Virus record (IMG/VR): IMGVR_UViG_3300034375_009562
Location: 1-58,908 of that record
Source: a virus
Lineage: Duplodnaviria > Caudoviricetes
Direction: 5' to 3' (one strand)
Length of the DNA: 58,908 nt
This document shows positions 44,899-54,454 of the stretch, piece by piece (the stretch's first letter is position 1; every line of letters begins with the position of its first letter). Under the pieces are notes generated by a model, which searched no databases, was not told where the DNA came from, and was given only the letters and a program-made list of their open reading frames with translations. A program made the translations under genes and the position numbers.

Positions 44899-45277
44899 AA
44901 TAGCTTCGTTGAAGCAAGTCAAACACTAGACTGGACGCGGGGGCAGTACCCGCCGCCTCCACCATAAACACACGATGAAGTATTGCAAAAACTGTAAACA
45001 TTATTGGACAAAAGGCACTAAAGGTAAATGGTGCTGTAAGTTTGGTAAAAAATGCGAAAAAGCAATGGGACATTGTAAACTAAATAATGGTCGTGTGTTT
45101 ATGATGGGGGCGAACTAGGATCGACAGGTGGTTAATAGATAAGTGGAGAAGCAGGTGCGCAAGCGACCTTAACCGCAAGATTAAAACATCCGCAAACGAT
45201 AACTTTGCAATCGAGGACATCCGCTTAGCGGCATAGTCTCATGGGGTATGGTTCCACCTAGCAACAGAACGGGCCGA
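44899..45277 (+). ncRNA. ssrA: circularly permuted two-piece tmRNA (acceptor piece to 44964; intervening 44965-45105; coding piece from 45106)
   Basis: GGACGCGGGGGCAGTACCCGCCGCCTCCACCA precedes GGGGGCGAACTAGGATCGAC; G3-U70 pair; tag ORF 45192-45236 = ANDNFAIEDIRLAA*. Confidence 0.95.
44975..45118 (+). CDS. candidate 47-aa Cys/Lys-rich peptide inside tmRNA intervening segment
   Basis: MKYCKNCKHYWTKGTKGKWCCKFGKKCEKAMGHCKLNNGRVFMMGAN*; no SD. Confidence 0.45.
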   Translation: MKYCKNCKHYWTKGTKGKWCCKFGKKCEKAMGHCKLNNGRVFMMGAN

Positions 45278-45304
45278 TTTTTTATAATAAAAGTGAGTAA
45301 AATA

Positions 45305-45640
45305 ATGAAAAACGTAAGCATTATGCTTTTATCCTCAGTATTACTTAGCACTCCTGCTTTTTCTGAAGAGAGTGTTATGGATAATATTGATGTAACTCTA
45401 GGAGCTGAACGTAATCTAGAAGCAGAAACTAACGCTATCTATGGTTCCGTTGGTTTAGGAGTTATTACCGTAGGTGCTACTATGGAAGATACCTCAGCTG
45501 ACTCAGGTAAATTTAATATCAGTAAATATGAGATTGACTCAGAACATGAAATCGCAGGATTAACCGTTTATATGGAAAATGATTTTGATGATGGATTCAA
45601 ACATACTGAAACAACTATTGGAGCTAAAATTAAGTTTTAA
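45305..45640 (+). CDS. small outer-membrane beta-barrel/porin-like protein
   Basis: signal peptide (PAFS|EE), amphipathic strands, C-terminal IGAKIKF. Confidence 0.6.
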   Translation: MKNVSIMLLSSVLLSTPAFSEESVMDNIDVTLGAERNLEAETNAIYGSVGLGVITVGATMEDTSADSGKFNISKYEIDSEHEIAGLTVYMENDFDDGFKHTETTIGAKIKF

Positions 45641-45673
45641 CTCTTTGTGGTTCTTCTGTAAGAAGATTAAATC

Positions 45674-46306
45674 GTGTTTGTTACACAGCCACCTTATTTT
45701 AAAATGAATAAATATTTAACACTCACTGTTGACGAATTTAAACTTAAATACAATATAGATGAGAGTAATTATTTTGATTCATCTGTTAAAATAATAATAT
45801 CTGATGAATCTTATGGAATAGTGATAGGAAAAGATAATTACTTCTGTGCAGGAACTTTAATTTTTGGGGCTACAGGGTATAGAGAAAATACTATCATAGG
45901 TTCTAATAATTATTTCGGACCTTCTACAGTTATAAAAAACGATGTATTTATCGGTAATAATAATACTTTTGATTCTTCTACCTATATAGGAAATTTATCA
46001 AATATACAAAACTATACTAAGATAGAGTCTAATAGTAATATTTGCGATCATACTTCAATAGGTAGTTTTTCTCATGTAGGTTGTTTAACTCCTATTTATA
46101 AAGATGTTAAACCTTTTTGTAAAGTTTATGGCAATCCTCCTAAAGTAAATGTAAACGCGATCACTACAAATACAAAAAAACGTTTTTCTTCAGATGAATT
46201 AATAGCAATAAAAGAATATGTTAAATCAGATATAATTCCTGATAATATTAAAATACAGATAGTAATTGATGAATTTACAAACATATCTAGAAAGAAACAA
46301 TATTAA
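45674..46306 (+). CDS. left-handed beta-helix acyltransferase (LpxA-like)
   Basis: hexapeptide repeats IG.NN, KDVKPF..VYGNP. Confidence 0.8.
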   Translation: MFVTQPPYFKMNKYLTLTVDEFKLKYNIDESNYFDSSVKIIISDESYGIVIGKDNYFCAGTLIFGATGYRENTIIGSNNYFGPSTVIKNDVFIGNNNTFDSSTYIGNLSNIQNYTKIESNSNICDHTSIGSFSHVGCLTPIYKDVKPFCKVYGNPPKVNVNAITTNTKKRFSSDELIAIKEYVKSDIIPDNIKIQIVIDEFTNISRKKQY

Positions 46307-47082
46307 TGAAAATACTTTATAGAGCTTCAGAGGCTAATAAGTCCCCAGGAAGTATTTCTGACGGCACAAATGATGCTCCAAGATGGAATGACAAAAAGAA
46401 AGATGAAATCCTAAAAAAATGTTGGATTTCCCTACAAGACGGATTAGAAGGTTGGGAAGATAGCATTATTATACTGGCGGATAGAGTTACTGAAGAAACT
46501 AAAACATTTTTTAAAGACACCTGTAGTATTCCAACAAAACTTAGTATTATTGATATCCCACCTAGAACAGAAGTTCCTCCTTATGGAGAACACCCTTATC
46601 CTCATTATCATCCTGTAACTGTAAATACCTGTATCCCCTTAATGGAAAAGTTAATCTCGCTCTGTGAGGATGATCCTACAGAGTTAATTTATATATGTGA
46701 AGATGACTATCTGCACGTACCCGGAGCTATTAAAATAATGAAAAATCTTTATAAGAATGGTTATGATGGTTTTTATGTTCCTTACGATTATCCAGATAGA
46801 TATACAATGGATAGAGATAGAAACTGTGAAGTACTGATAGGTCCTGATTGCCATTTAAAAACAGTAGCCTCAGCTACTCTAACTATGGCAGGCTTAGGTA
46901 AAACGTTTTTACCCTTTAAATACTCTATACTTCAAGCAGGACTCTTTTCTGATGATTCTTGGACTTGGAAAGCTTTTAGACAGTCTGTAGCTCTGTGCCC
47001 TTTACCAAGTACGTCAACACATTTACAAAATGGAAGTATATCTCCTATTATAGATTGGAATGAAATATGGAATCAGTGGTAA
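46306..47082 (+). CDS. glycosyltransferase (GT-A fold)
   Basis: YICEDDYLH, YDYPDRY, STH. Confidence 0.7.
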   Translation: MKILYRASEANKSPGSISDGTNDAPRWNDKKKDEILKKCWISLQDGLEGWEDSIIILADRVTEETKTFFKDTCSIPTKLSIIDIPPRTEVPPYGEHPYPHYHPVTVNTCIPLMEKLISLCEDDPTELIYICEDDYLHVPGAIKIMKNLYKNGYDGFYVPYDYPDRYTMDRDRNCEVLIGPDCHLKTVASATLTMAGLGKTFLPFKYSILQAGLFSDDSWTWKAFRQSVALCPLPSTSTHLQNGSISPIIDWNEIWNQW

Positions 47083-48101
47083 TTACTGGAAGTGCTGGAC
47101 TTATAGGCAGTCACTTATGTAAAAAATATTTAAAGCTAGGATGGAAAGTTGTTGGTATAGATAACTTAGTTGGCGGTTATAAAGATAATATGCCTTTAAA
47201 TGATGAAAATTTTAAATATCATCATGTAGACATCTTAGATGTTCATAACCTAATTAAAGTACTAGCCCTTCACGAACCAACTTTAGTAATTCATTGTGCA
47301 GCACTAGCTCATGAAGGATTAAGTGTGTTTTCACCTAAAACAATAGTAGAAAATATATATGCAGGTACAGCTTCAATATGTAGTGCAGCAATTCAAACGG
47401 GAGCAAAGACTTTTATTAACACAACTAGTATGGCTAGATATGGTGCTATAAAACCTCCTTTTACCGAAGACTTAAAACCTGAACCTGTAGACCCATATGG
47501 ATTAGCTAAACATCATGCAGAGCAACATCTAAATCTAATGAGTGATATACACGGTATCAAAGTTTTTCATGTAGTACCTCATAATGTCTGTGGCCCTAAT
47601 CAATGTTACTCTGACCCTTTCAGAAATGTTATGAGTATTTTTGCTAACTTAGTAATGCGTGATAGACCTATTTATATTTACGGAGATGGGTCACAAAAAA
47701 GATCTTTCTCTCACGTTACAGATTGTGTAGACGCATTTGTGTCTTTGTATGATAAAAAAGATACGCTAAACTCAGGAGAAGTATTTAATATCGGACCAGA
47801 TCACGGTTCTGAAACAACAATTCTTGAACTTGCTAAAAGAGTTGGGGCTTATTGTAATAAAGAGCCAGAAATTAACTTTGTCCCAGAAAGACCTAGAGAA
47901 GTAAAAAATGCGTGGGTATCAACTGATAAAGCAAGCAGTGTTTTAGGATACACAGCTGATACACCAATGGAAGATACAATCAGAGATACAGTAAGCTGGA
48001 TCAGAACTCAGCCTAAACGAGATTTTAATTATCACTTAGATTTAGAAATCATCAATGAATCAACACCTAAAACTTGGACAGATCAATTATTTAACAAATG
48101 A
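47067..48101 (+). CDS. NAD-dependent epimerase/dehydratase
   Basis: TGSAGLIGSH, HCAA, TTSMARYG, PYGLAK, GDGSQKRSFSHV. Confidence 0.93.
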   Translation: MESVVITGSAGLIGSHLCKKYLKLGWKVVGIDNLVGGYKDNMPLNDENFKYHHVDILDVHNLIKVLALHEPTLVIHCAALAHEGLSVFSPKTIVENIYAGTASICSAAIQTGAKTFINTTSMARYGAIKPPFTEDLKPEPVDPYGLAKHHAEQHLNLMSDIHGIKVFHVVPHNVCGPNQCYSDPFRNVMSIFANLVMRDRPIYIYGDGSQKRSFSHVTDCVDAFVSLYDKKDTLNSGEVFNIGPDHGSETTILELAKRVGAYCNKEPEINFVPERPREVKNAWVSTDKASSVLGYTADTPMEDTIRDTVSWIRTQPKRDFNYHLDLEIINESTPKTWTDQLFNK

Positions 48102-49081
48102 CACATATAGCTTTTATAAATACTCAAGCATTCGGAGATTCTGTATTAGGAATAAACGCTGCACGAAGATTAAAAGAGAATAATCCTGATTTTTTAATAT
48201 CTTATTCATACTTAAATAGATTTAATTTAACTACTAATGACGGTGCTAATGGATTATTTGAAGCATTAGAGGTGCTAGAACATCAACCTTGGATTGATGC
48301 AGTTGGAGTTGCACAGACTGATAATACTGGTAGGATAACAGGACTAAATCTAAATGATCAGAGTGAAAATTTTAAAAAAGTAGATGATGTTATCTTTCAT
48401 GATAGATGGTTTTCTGATCTAGGCATTTCTAGGAGTCAAAATGTACCTATTAAGAAATATTTAACAAAAGAACAATTTCTCGATGGAAACCTAGAACTAT
48501 TTGTTGAATCTGAAAAAATTAAAGATGATACTTTAAGAATAGCTACTCATGGCCCTCTAGACTGGAATAGAAAACTCATGAATGAGTCTTTACGACTAGA
48601 TGTTATGTTTGGGTTAAAAGAAATTTGTGATAATAGAAACATAACGTATGAGATAGATATGTTTGGGGTGGATATTGGTAACTACTCTTTATATACTGCC
48701 TTGAATATTTTAAATAGAAATGACATATTTATAGGACCTGCAGGTTCTTTAACACACAGTGCTACAGCATTAGGTTTAGATACAATTACTATTCCTTCTG
48801 TATTTCCTGTAGAGTATGATTTACCAGAGTTTTATTCTACAAATAAAGGAACACACATCTCAGTAAGACATAGGGCTGAAAATCACTGTGGCGACTTTAA
48901 ATGTGTATCTAAAAAAGAACATGATGGTGAAGATAAAAGACCTAATAATCCTCCTACTGAATGGGGATTTTGGTTAAAAGCTTGCCCTCATACAGATAGT
49001 AAATTAGCCTGTACTAAAATGGTGCAAAGTAAAGATATATTAGATAGTTTTGAAAGGTTGTTAGATGTCAGAAGTAAATGA
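48098..49081 (+). CDS. glycosyltransferase family 9-like
   Basis: FGDSV.., FIGPAGSLTHSATALG, C-terminal Cys cluster. Confidence 0.7.
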   Translation: MTHIAFINTQAFGDSVLGINAARRLKENNPDFLISYSYLNRFNLTTNDGANGLFEALEVLEHQPWIDAVGVAQTDNTGRITGLNLNDQSENFKKVDDVIFHDRWFSDLGISRSQNVPIKKYLTKEQFLDGNLELFVESEKIKDDTLRIATHGPLDWNRKLMNESLRLDVMFGLKEICDNRNITYEIDMFGVDIGNYSLYTALNILNRNDIFIGPAGSLTHSATALGLDTITIPSVFPVEYDLPEFYSTNKGTHISVRHRAENHCGDFKCVSKKEHDGEDKRPNNPPTEWGFWLKACPHTDSKLACTKMVQSKDILDSFERLLDVRSK

Positions 49082-49829
49082 CCCTATCGTAGTAGTTCCT
49101 TACATTATAGAAGAAGAAATAAAAGATTTAAAAAAGTCTCTTGGATGGAAAATCGAGTGCGAATTCTGGGAAGACAAAGGTAGAATAGGCAGTGATTTAG
49201 CATATCAGTATCTCTGGAATAAACATAAAGATAGAGATGTAATTATTTTACACGCAGATATGTTACCTATGCCTGAAGACACAGAGCACTCGTGGTTCTA
49301 TAACTTAATTGATACTGTAGAAAAGTATCCAGAAGCTGGAATGTTTGGTATGAAACTTTTATACCCTCAAAAAATAGATAATAAATATATAATCCAGCAC
49401 GCTGGAGGGAGATTTAATGATGACGGAGAAGCGTTACATTTCGGAGGAGGACTTAATCTTTTTGATGGATCAACAAATGGATCGCTGGAAGCAGATGAAG
49501 GACAGTACGACAAGTTACGAGAAGTTGCCTGGATTACCATGGGCGGTATATATATCAAAAAAGCTGTTCGTGATACTGTTGGCAATTTTGATCCCGCTTT
49601 TTATTGGACTTACTTTCGTGACGTGGATTACTGTCTTTCTGCCCGTAGGTCTGGTTTTAAGATTTATCAAACTGGTATCCCGTTTCTTCACTTCGAGAGT
49701 AAAGACAACAAAAGATTAATGGCACAAAATCCTGCACTAGGAGAAAAATGGTCTATTAATAGAGAAATATTCTTAGAAAAATGGAAAGGCACTGAGTTTC
49801 ATAAAACAGTGGATCGGGTAGTTGAATGA
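49065..49829 (+). CDS. glycosyltransferase family 2
   Basis: ILHAD, KLLYP..IQHAG, DVDYCL, HFES. Confidence 0.82.
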   Translation: MSEVNDPIVVVPYIIEEEIKDLKKSLGWKIECEFWEDKGRIGSDLAYQYLWNKHKDRDVIILHADMLPMPEDTEHSWFYNLIDTVEKYPEAGMFGMKLLYPQKIDNKYIIQHAGGRFNDDGEALHFGGGLNLFDGSTNGSLEADEGQYDKLREVAWITMGGIYIKKAVRDTVGNFDPAFYWTYFRDVDYCLSARRSGFKIYQTGIPFLHFESKDNKRLMAQNPALGEKWSINREIFLEKWKGTEFHKTVDRVVE

Positions 49830-50653
49830 GAAAGAAGAGTGTTATAAGCTTAATTTCTTATGATGCTTCTTACTTAGCTGAGAGCATTAAAACATATTAT
49901 AATTATGTAGATGAAATTATACTAGGATTAGATAAAGATAGAATTTCTTGGAGTAGAAATAAGTTTTCTTTTGACGAAGATGCTCTTTGGAAGGAACTAA
50001 GTGCCATTGATGGTGATGGAAAAATAGAAATAGTTGAAGGTAACTTTCACAGATCCGGTGTTCCAATTGAGAATGATAACCATGAGAGAAACTTCTTAAA
50101 AGAACACTGTTCCAATGATTGGATTTTTTCTTTTGATGCTGACGAGATGTTAGTGAATGCGGATGATTTTTTTAATAAATACTGCCCTCTAGTAGAAAAC
50201 TATAAAGCTGATTTACTATTTTATTGGATTTTACCTTATAAAAGATTAAATGATGAAGAAGTACTAGTGATTTCAAAAGCAGATAGAAAAACTCTACCTA
50301 ACAATGAAGTACAAGGATTTGTAACTGATAAAGAAAATACTTTTACATACTGTAGATGGACAAATAATCAAAACAGATTGCAGTCTCCTTTAGTAATTTT
50401 ACATTGGTCTTTCTGCCGCCCTAAAAAAGAACTAGACTTAAAGGTAAACAATTTTGGGCACTCTATAGAAAGTAAAAAAGATCCTTTCTATGATATTCAA
50501 GCTAGTATAGATGAAACTAATTGGCAACAACTACAAAACTTTAAAACTAGTAATATGGGACCTCAATGGGAGTCTTTGATTAAATTAAAAGAATCAAATC
50601 TCAACGATTATATTAAGCAACAAGCTGATCAACTTTACAGGAACACACAATGA
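49826..50653 (+). CDS. glycosyltransferase family 2-like
   Basis: VDEII, ERN, WIFSFDADE, ILHWS, K..NFGH. Confidence 0.78.
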   Translation: MRKKSVISLISYDASYLAESIKTYYNYVDEIILGLDKDRISWSRNKFSFDEDALWKELSAIDGDGKIEIVEGNFHRSGVPIENDNHERNFLKEHCSNDWIFSFDADEMLVNADDFFNKYCPLVENYKADLLFYWILPYKRLNDEEVLVISKADRKTLPNNEVQGFVTDKENTFTYCRWTNNQNRLQSPLVILHWSFCRPKKELDLKVNNFGHSIESKKDPFYDIQASIDETNWQQLQNFKTSNMGPQWESLIKLKESNLNDYIKQQADQLYRNTQ

Positions 50654-51774
50654 TTGTAGAATTATTAGGAAAGTTTTATGATAACCATTCACTTTCAATA
50701 GTAAACAGATATTTAGCATTAGAACTATCAAAGCACATAGAAAAATTAGTTATATCGCCTATGGATTCTTACAATCCAGATGCTAAAGTAGATTCAAAAG
50801 TATTAGATAGACTAGAAAAACTAAAGCCAAAAGGAGATGAAACAACTCCTCCTGATGTGCAAATTAGACACACTTATCCTCCTATGTGGAGATGGCCTAT
50901 CTCTAACGATACTAAAGTGGTTTATATTCAACCTTGGGAATTTTCTAGAGTTCCTTTTGAGTGGCAGTATAAATTTGAAACATTTGCAGACGCTGTGATG
51001 ACGTTTAGTCGATGGACAGCAGCAGTATATCACGAAGGAGGTTTAAATCCTGAAAGATTATTTCCTTTACCGATAGGGTATAATCCAGAAGTTTTTAAAG
51101 TAGATAGAAAAGTAAAAAAGCCTGAAACCTATACCTTTTTATTCGTAGGTTGTGATCAATATAGAAAAGGTCTTGATGTTCTTTTAAAAGCTTGGCAAGA
51201 CACGTTCACAAAAGATGATAATGTAGAACTGATTGTCAAAGATACTCCACAAATATATGGAAGAACAAGTTTACAAGATACTTTGATTAAGATGCAATAT
51301 AAAACACACGTTGCTAAAATATCTTATATAGACGATGCTTATACTGAAAAACAAATGGCTGATTTATATAGGCGTTGTCATGTTATTGTTCACCCTTATA
51401 GAGGAGAAGGTTTTGGTATGCCAATTCAAGAAGCTATAGCTTGTGGAACTATTCCTTTAGTTACAGCTTCTGGATGTACTGATGAGTTTGTAGACACAAT
51501 TAAGATTAACTCTAATCCTAAACTTGTAGATATTAACGGTATATTTGCAGGAAAACCAGGAGATAGTTTTAACTTAATGGGATCACATACTTGGGTACTA
51601 GAACCTGATCTAGAAGATTTAAAAGCTAAAATGAAACAGCTGTACCAAGACAGAAAAATGGCTGTACCTAGATCAGACAAAATTAAAACTTGGGAGACTG
51701 TAGGACTCATGTATTTTGATGCAATTAAGAAAATACACGAATATCCAAAAGTTAAAAGAACACATGGAAATTGA
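50650..51774 (+). CDS. glycosyltransferase family 4 (GT-B)
   Basis: PWE, FLFVG..YRKGLDVLL, PYRGEGFGMPIQEAIACG. Confidence 0.9.
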   Translation: MIVELLGKFYDNHSLSIVNRYLALELSKHIEKLVISPMDSYNPDAKVDSKVLDRLEKLKPKGDETTPPDVQIRHTYPPMWRWPISNDTKVVYIQPWEFSRVPFEWQYKFETFADAVMTFSRWTAAVYHEGGLNPERLFPLPIGYNPEVFKVDRKVKKPETYTFLFVGCDQYRKGLDVLLKAWQDTFTKDDNVELIVKDTPQIYGRTSLQDTLIKMQYKTHVAKISYIDDAYTEKQMADLYRRCHVIVHPYRGEGFGMPIQEAIACGTIPLVTASGCTDEFVDTIKINSNPKLVDINGIFAGKPGDSFNLMGSHTWVLEPDLEDLKAKMKQLYQDRKMAVPRSDKIKTWETVGLMYFDAIKKIHEYPKVKRTHGN

Positions 51775-52057
51775 TTTAGGCTTTGTTGGTTATGTAACAG
51801 AAGATAAGGCTATAAAAATTACTATAAATGAATTTAGAGGTCAAGAATATATTCATATTAGAGAGTATATGAAAGATGGTGATACCGGCTTTTGGTATCC
51901 AACTAAAAAAGGGTTAGCTATACGACCGGAACATGTAGATATGGCAGCCCACTTACTAGATCAAGCAGGAGAAATCTTAGCTAAACGATATCTAGAAAAA
52001 ATAGATAATAGCAAACAGTTAGAGCTGTTTGAAAAGGAGAATATGAATGGCAGGTAG
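51764..52057 (+). CDS. PC4/p15-like ssDNA-binding protein
   Basis: INEFRGQEYIHIREY...WYPTKKGLAI. Confidence 0.88.
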   Translation: MEIDLGFVGYVTEDKAIKITINEFRGQEYIHIREYMKDGDTGFWYPTKKGLAIRPEHVDMAAHLLDQAGEILAKRYLEKIDNSKQLELFEKENMNGR

Positions 52058-52367
52058 ATCGAATAAAGCGTGGAGTGATGAGGAAGAGGCAATCTTACAG
52101 TCTCTCTACGTAGAACAGGGTCTTGATGTTTACGAAGTAGCTGAGCACTTTGGTAAAGGGCATAGAAGTGTAATCAGTAAACTCGTACAAATGAAGATTT
52201 ATAGAAAGCCTGAAGAAGAAAAAGAAGAAAAACGTAGTGTAAAAACTATGATCAGAGAAATAGAAGATCTTTTAGAAATTGAAATAGAAGGACTAAACCT
52301 AACAAAAAAATCCAATTTAGAGTTGCTAACTGATGCTTTAAAATATAAAATATCAAAAGAAAGTTAA
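52047..52367 (+). CDS. T5 D3-like DNA-binding protein
   Basis: WSDEEE..VAEHFGKGHRSVISKL; L..TKKSNLELL. Confidence 0.65.
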   Translation: MAGRSNKAWSDEEEAILQSLYVEQGLDVYEVAEHFGKGHRSVISKLVQMKIYRKPEEEKEEKRSVKTMIREIEDLLEIEIEGLNLTKKSNLELLTDALKYKISKES

Positions 52368-52443
52368 GAAACACTTTCAAAATTGTGTTAATCGAACAAT
52401 TTAAAAAAACGAAGCAACCGACTAAATTACTTTTACATTTTTC

Positions 52444-52472
52444 TTGCTATTACTTAAATTGTTTGATATATT
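52444..52472 (+). promoter_or_regulatory. sigma70-type promoter for D5-like gene
   Basis: TTGCTA-17nt-TATATT. Confidence 0.7.
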
Positions 52473-52543
52473 CTTTATATAAACAAAAACAACAACTTTG
52501 ATTAGCCGATCAAAGTAATCTAACCTAAGAGGGGGTATTTAAT

Positions 52544-53239
52544 ATGGCTAAATTTGAATATACCGATGAAATGGTATCCCGTATGGAATCTGCTTGTGCA
52601 GGTGGCATCACTGAAGATACGATTCAATCACTTTGTGACGAGTTTGATTTTCCTCGTCGTTCAGTAACCGCAAAGCTTCGTAAGCTTGGTTACGATGTAC
52701 CTACTAAGCCAAAGGCAGCACCTGCTTTTGACGAAGCAGAAACAAACGCACTTGTTGCTTTCCTAGAAGGTAACTCAGGCGTACACACAGCTGAAGAAAT
52801 TGCTTCTCACTTCTCAAGTGAGTGGGATCGTGAAGTAACTTCACGCCAAGTAAATGGTAAAGCTCTTTCGCTTGAAATGACTGCTCATATCAAGCCAGCT
52901 GAAAAGAAAGTAACTCCACGTACCTACACTGAAGCTGAAGAAGCTACAATTACCGAAATGGCTAATAACGGTTCATATCTTGAAGATATTGCTGAAGCTC
53001 TTGGTAAGACAGTTAATTCTGTTCGTGGTAAACTTCTTTCAATGCAGCTTAAGGCTCCTCAGCGTGATAAGAAGAACTCAAAGAGTGACTCTTATGAAGG
53101 CATCGATGAAGTTGCTGGTTCAATGACTGTTGCACAGCTTGCTGAACATTATGGTAAGTCTGAGCGTGGTGTTAAGACTGTTCTTACACGCCGTGGTATT
53201 GCAGCCTCTGACTATACACCAAAAGCTCTTGAAGCCTAA
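52544..53239 (+). CDS. T5 D5-like DNA-binding protein/transcription factor
   Basis: RSVTAKLRKLGYDV, GKALSLEMT, MTVAQLAEHYGKSERGVKTVLTRRG, recalled as close to T5 D5. Confidence 0.85.
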   Translation: MAKFEYTDEMVSRMESACAGGITEDTIQSLCDEFDFPRRSVTAKLRKLGYDVPTKPKAAPAFDEAETNALVAFLEGNSGVHTAEEIASHFSSEWDREVTSRQVNGKALSLEMTAHIKPAEKKVTPRTYTEAEEATITEMANNGSYLEDIAEALGKTVNSVRGKLLSMQLKAPQRDKKNSKSDSYEGIDEVAGSMTVAQLAEHYGKSERGVKTVLTRRGIAASDYTPKALEA

Positions 53240-53267
53240 TTTAGTATAGTTTTAATCTAATTAAATC

Positions 53268-53296
53268 AAGGCACGGCTCTAAGTCGTGCCTTTTTT
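53268..53296 (+). terminator. intrinsic terminator after D5-like gene
   Basis: AAGGCACGGC/GTCGTGCCTT + T-run. Confidence 0.8.
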
Positions 53297-53309
53297 AGTA
53301 GAGATTTTT

Positions 53310-53618
53310 ATGAATGATCCATTATATCTATATGAATTAGAAAACTCAACACTTGAAAAAATTCTTCATTTAGATGACACAGATAAACATAAATACTTTT
53401 TAACACTTATAAGAACGTATTATCCGAATTCTGATAAAGAAACTAAATCAGAACTGATGGCTGCTTATATGGCAAGTTTTATCGTAGAGTATATTTATAG
53501 AAATCATGATCTACTAGGTAGCGCCTTTACCTTAACCTATACTCCTACTGGAATGGTAAGAGAGATGGCTAATGATTTATACAACTTTGAAGAAAGTTAT
53601 AAGTATCAAATAAATTAA
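53310..53618 (+). CDS. hypothetical protein
   Basis: ORF between D5-like and D2-like genes. Confidence 0.55.
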   Translation: MNDPLYLYELENSTLEKILHLDDTDKHKYFLTLIRTYYPNSDKETKSELMAAYMASFIVEYIYRNHDLLGSAFTLTYTPTGMVREMANDLYNFEESYKYQIN

Positions 53619-53680
53619 TTTATATCTTGCTTTCTCCTACAAACTTTGATATACTTAATCTAATCGTGGAGGTAGAGTAA

Positions 53681-54454
53681 ATGGCAGCAAAAACTGAAAT
53701 ACCAGAGGCAAAGATTCGTCAAGCCCTCTGGATGATTAAAGCTAATAAAACAAAAAAATCAATTTGTGAGCACTTAGGTATTGCTTATAATACCAAGCGT
53801 CTTGATAATATTTTAAACGACTTTAAAGAGCGTGAAGCAAGAATTGCAGAGTTAAAGAAAAAGGCTAAAACAAAAGTCTTTTCTAAAGCTGAAAAACTTG
53901 CTATGGCTACAGATTATCAAGATGGTGAAAGTGTTTCAGCGATCGCTACTCGAAACTATATCTCATCACAAAAAGTAAAATCATTTCTACTTGAGCTAGG
54001 TGTGCCCATCCGAGGCAGGAAAAAGAGAGCCCCAGCTCAAACAGATCACGTTATTCAAGATTTAGACATTAAGTTTAAAGTAGGAGACCGAGTATTTCAC
54101 GGTCCTACAAACTCGTTTGCGTTAATTACAGAGGTTATGGACGAAGACTATATTGAGTACTTGATGGGTGGTTATCAAAAATATGTAGAAATATACCCAT
54201 TCAAACCTGATCCCAAAACAGGGATGGCTGGTAAATACTTTGAACCGACATATGATGTACACTATATGATTTATTGGATTTTGGATGACGGTAAAAAATG
54301 GAAGATGAGTGCTTTGCAAAATCATCGTAAAAAAGTAGAAACGCATATTGAGGAACATGGCAGAGAGAGTTACTCAATTCAAGTTCAAGGTGATTATGGT
54401 CACGGCAGAACATTTGTACCTCGCGATCAACTATTTCCAGTGGTCAAAAAATAA
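53681..54454 (+). CDS. T5 D2-like DNA-binding protein
   Basis: EIP...TKKSICEHLGIAYNTKRL...YQDGESVSAIA; promoter TTGCTT-17-TATACT at 53627-53655; GGAGG SD. Confidence 0.75.
   Translation: MAAKTEIPEAKIRQALWMIKANKTKKSICEHLGIAYNTKRLDNILNDFKEREARIAELKKKAKTKVFSKAEKLAMATDYQDGESVSAIATRNYISSQKVKSFLLELGVPIRGRKKRAPAQTDHVIQDLDIKFKVGDRVFHGPTNSFALITEVMDEDYIEYLMGGYQKYVEIYPFKPDPKTGMAGKYFEPTYDVHYMIYWILDDGKKWKMSALQNHRKKVETHIEEHGRESYSIQVQGDYGHGRTFVPRDQLFPVVKK

Noticed and set aside
45248-45304. N-terminal extension of ORF 45248-45640
   Set aside because: Overlaps the tmRNA 3' end; the signal peptide starts at ATG 45305
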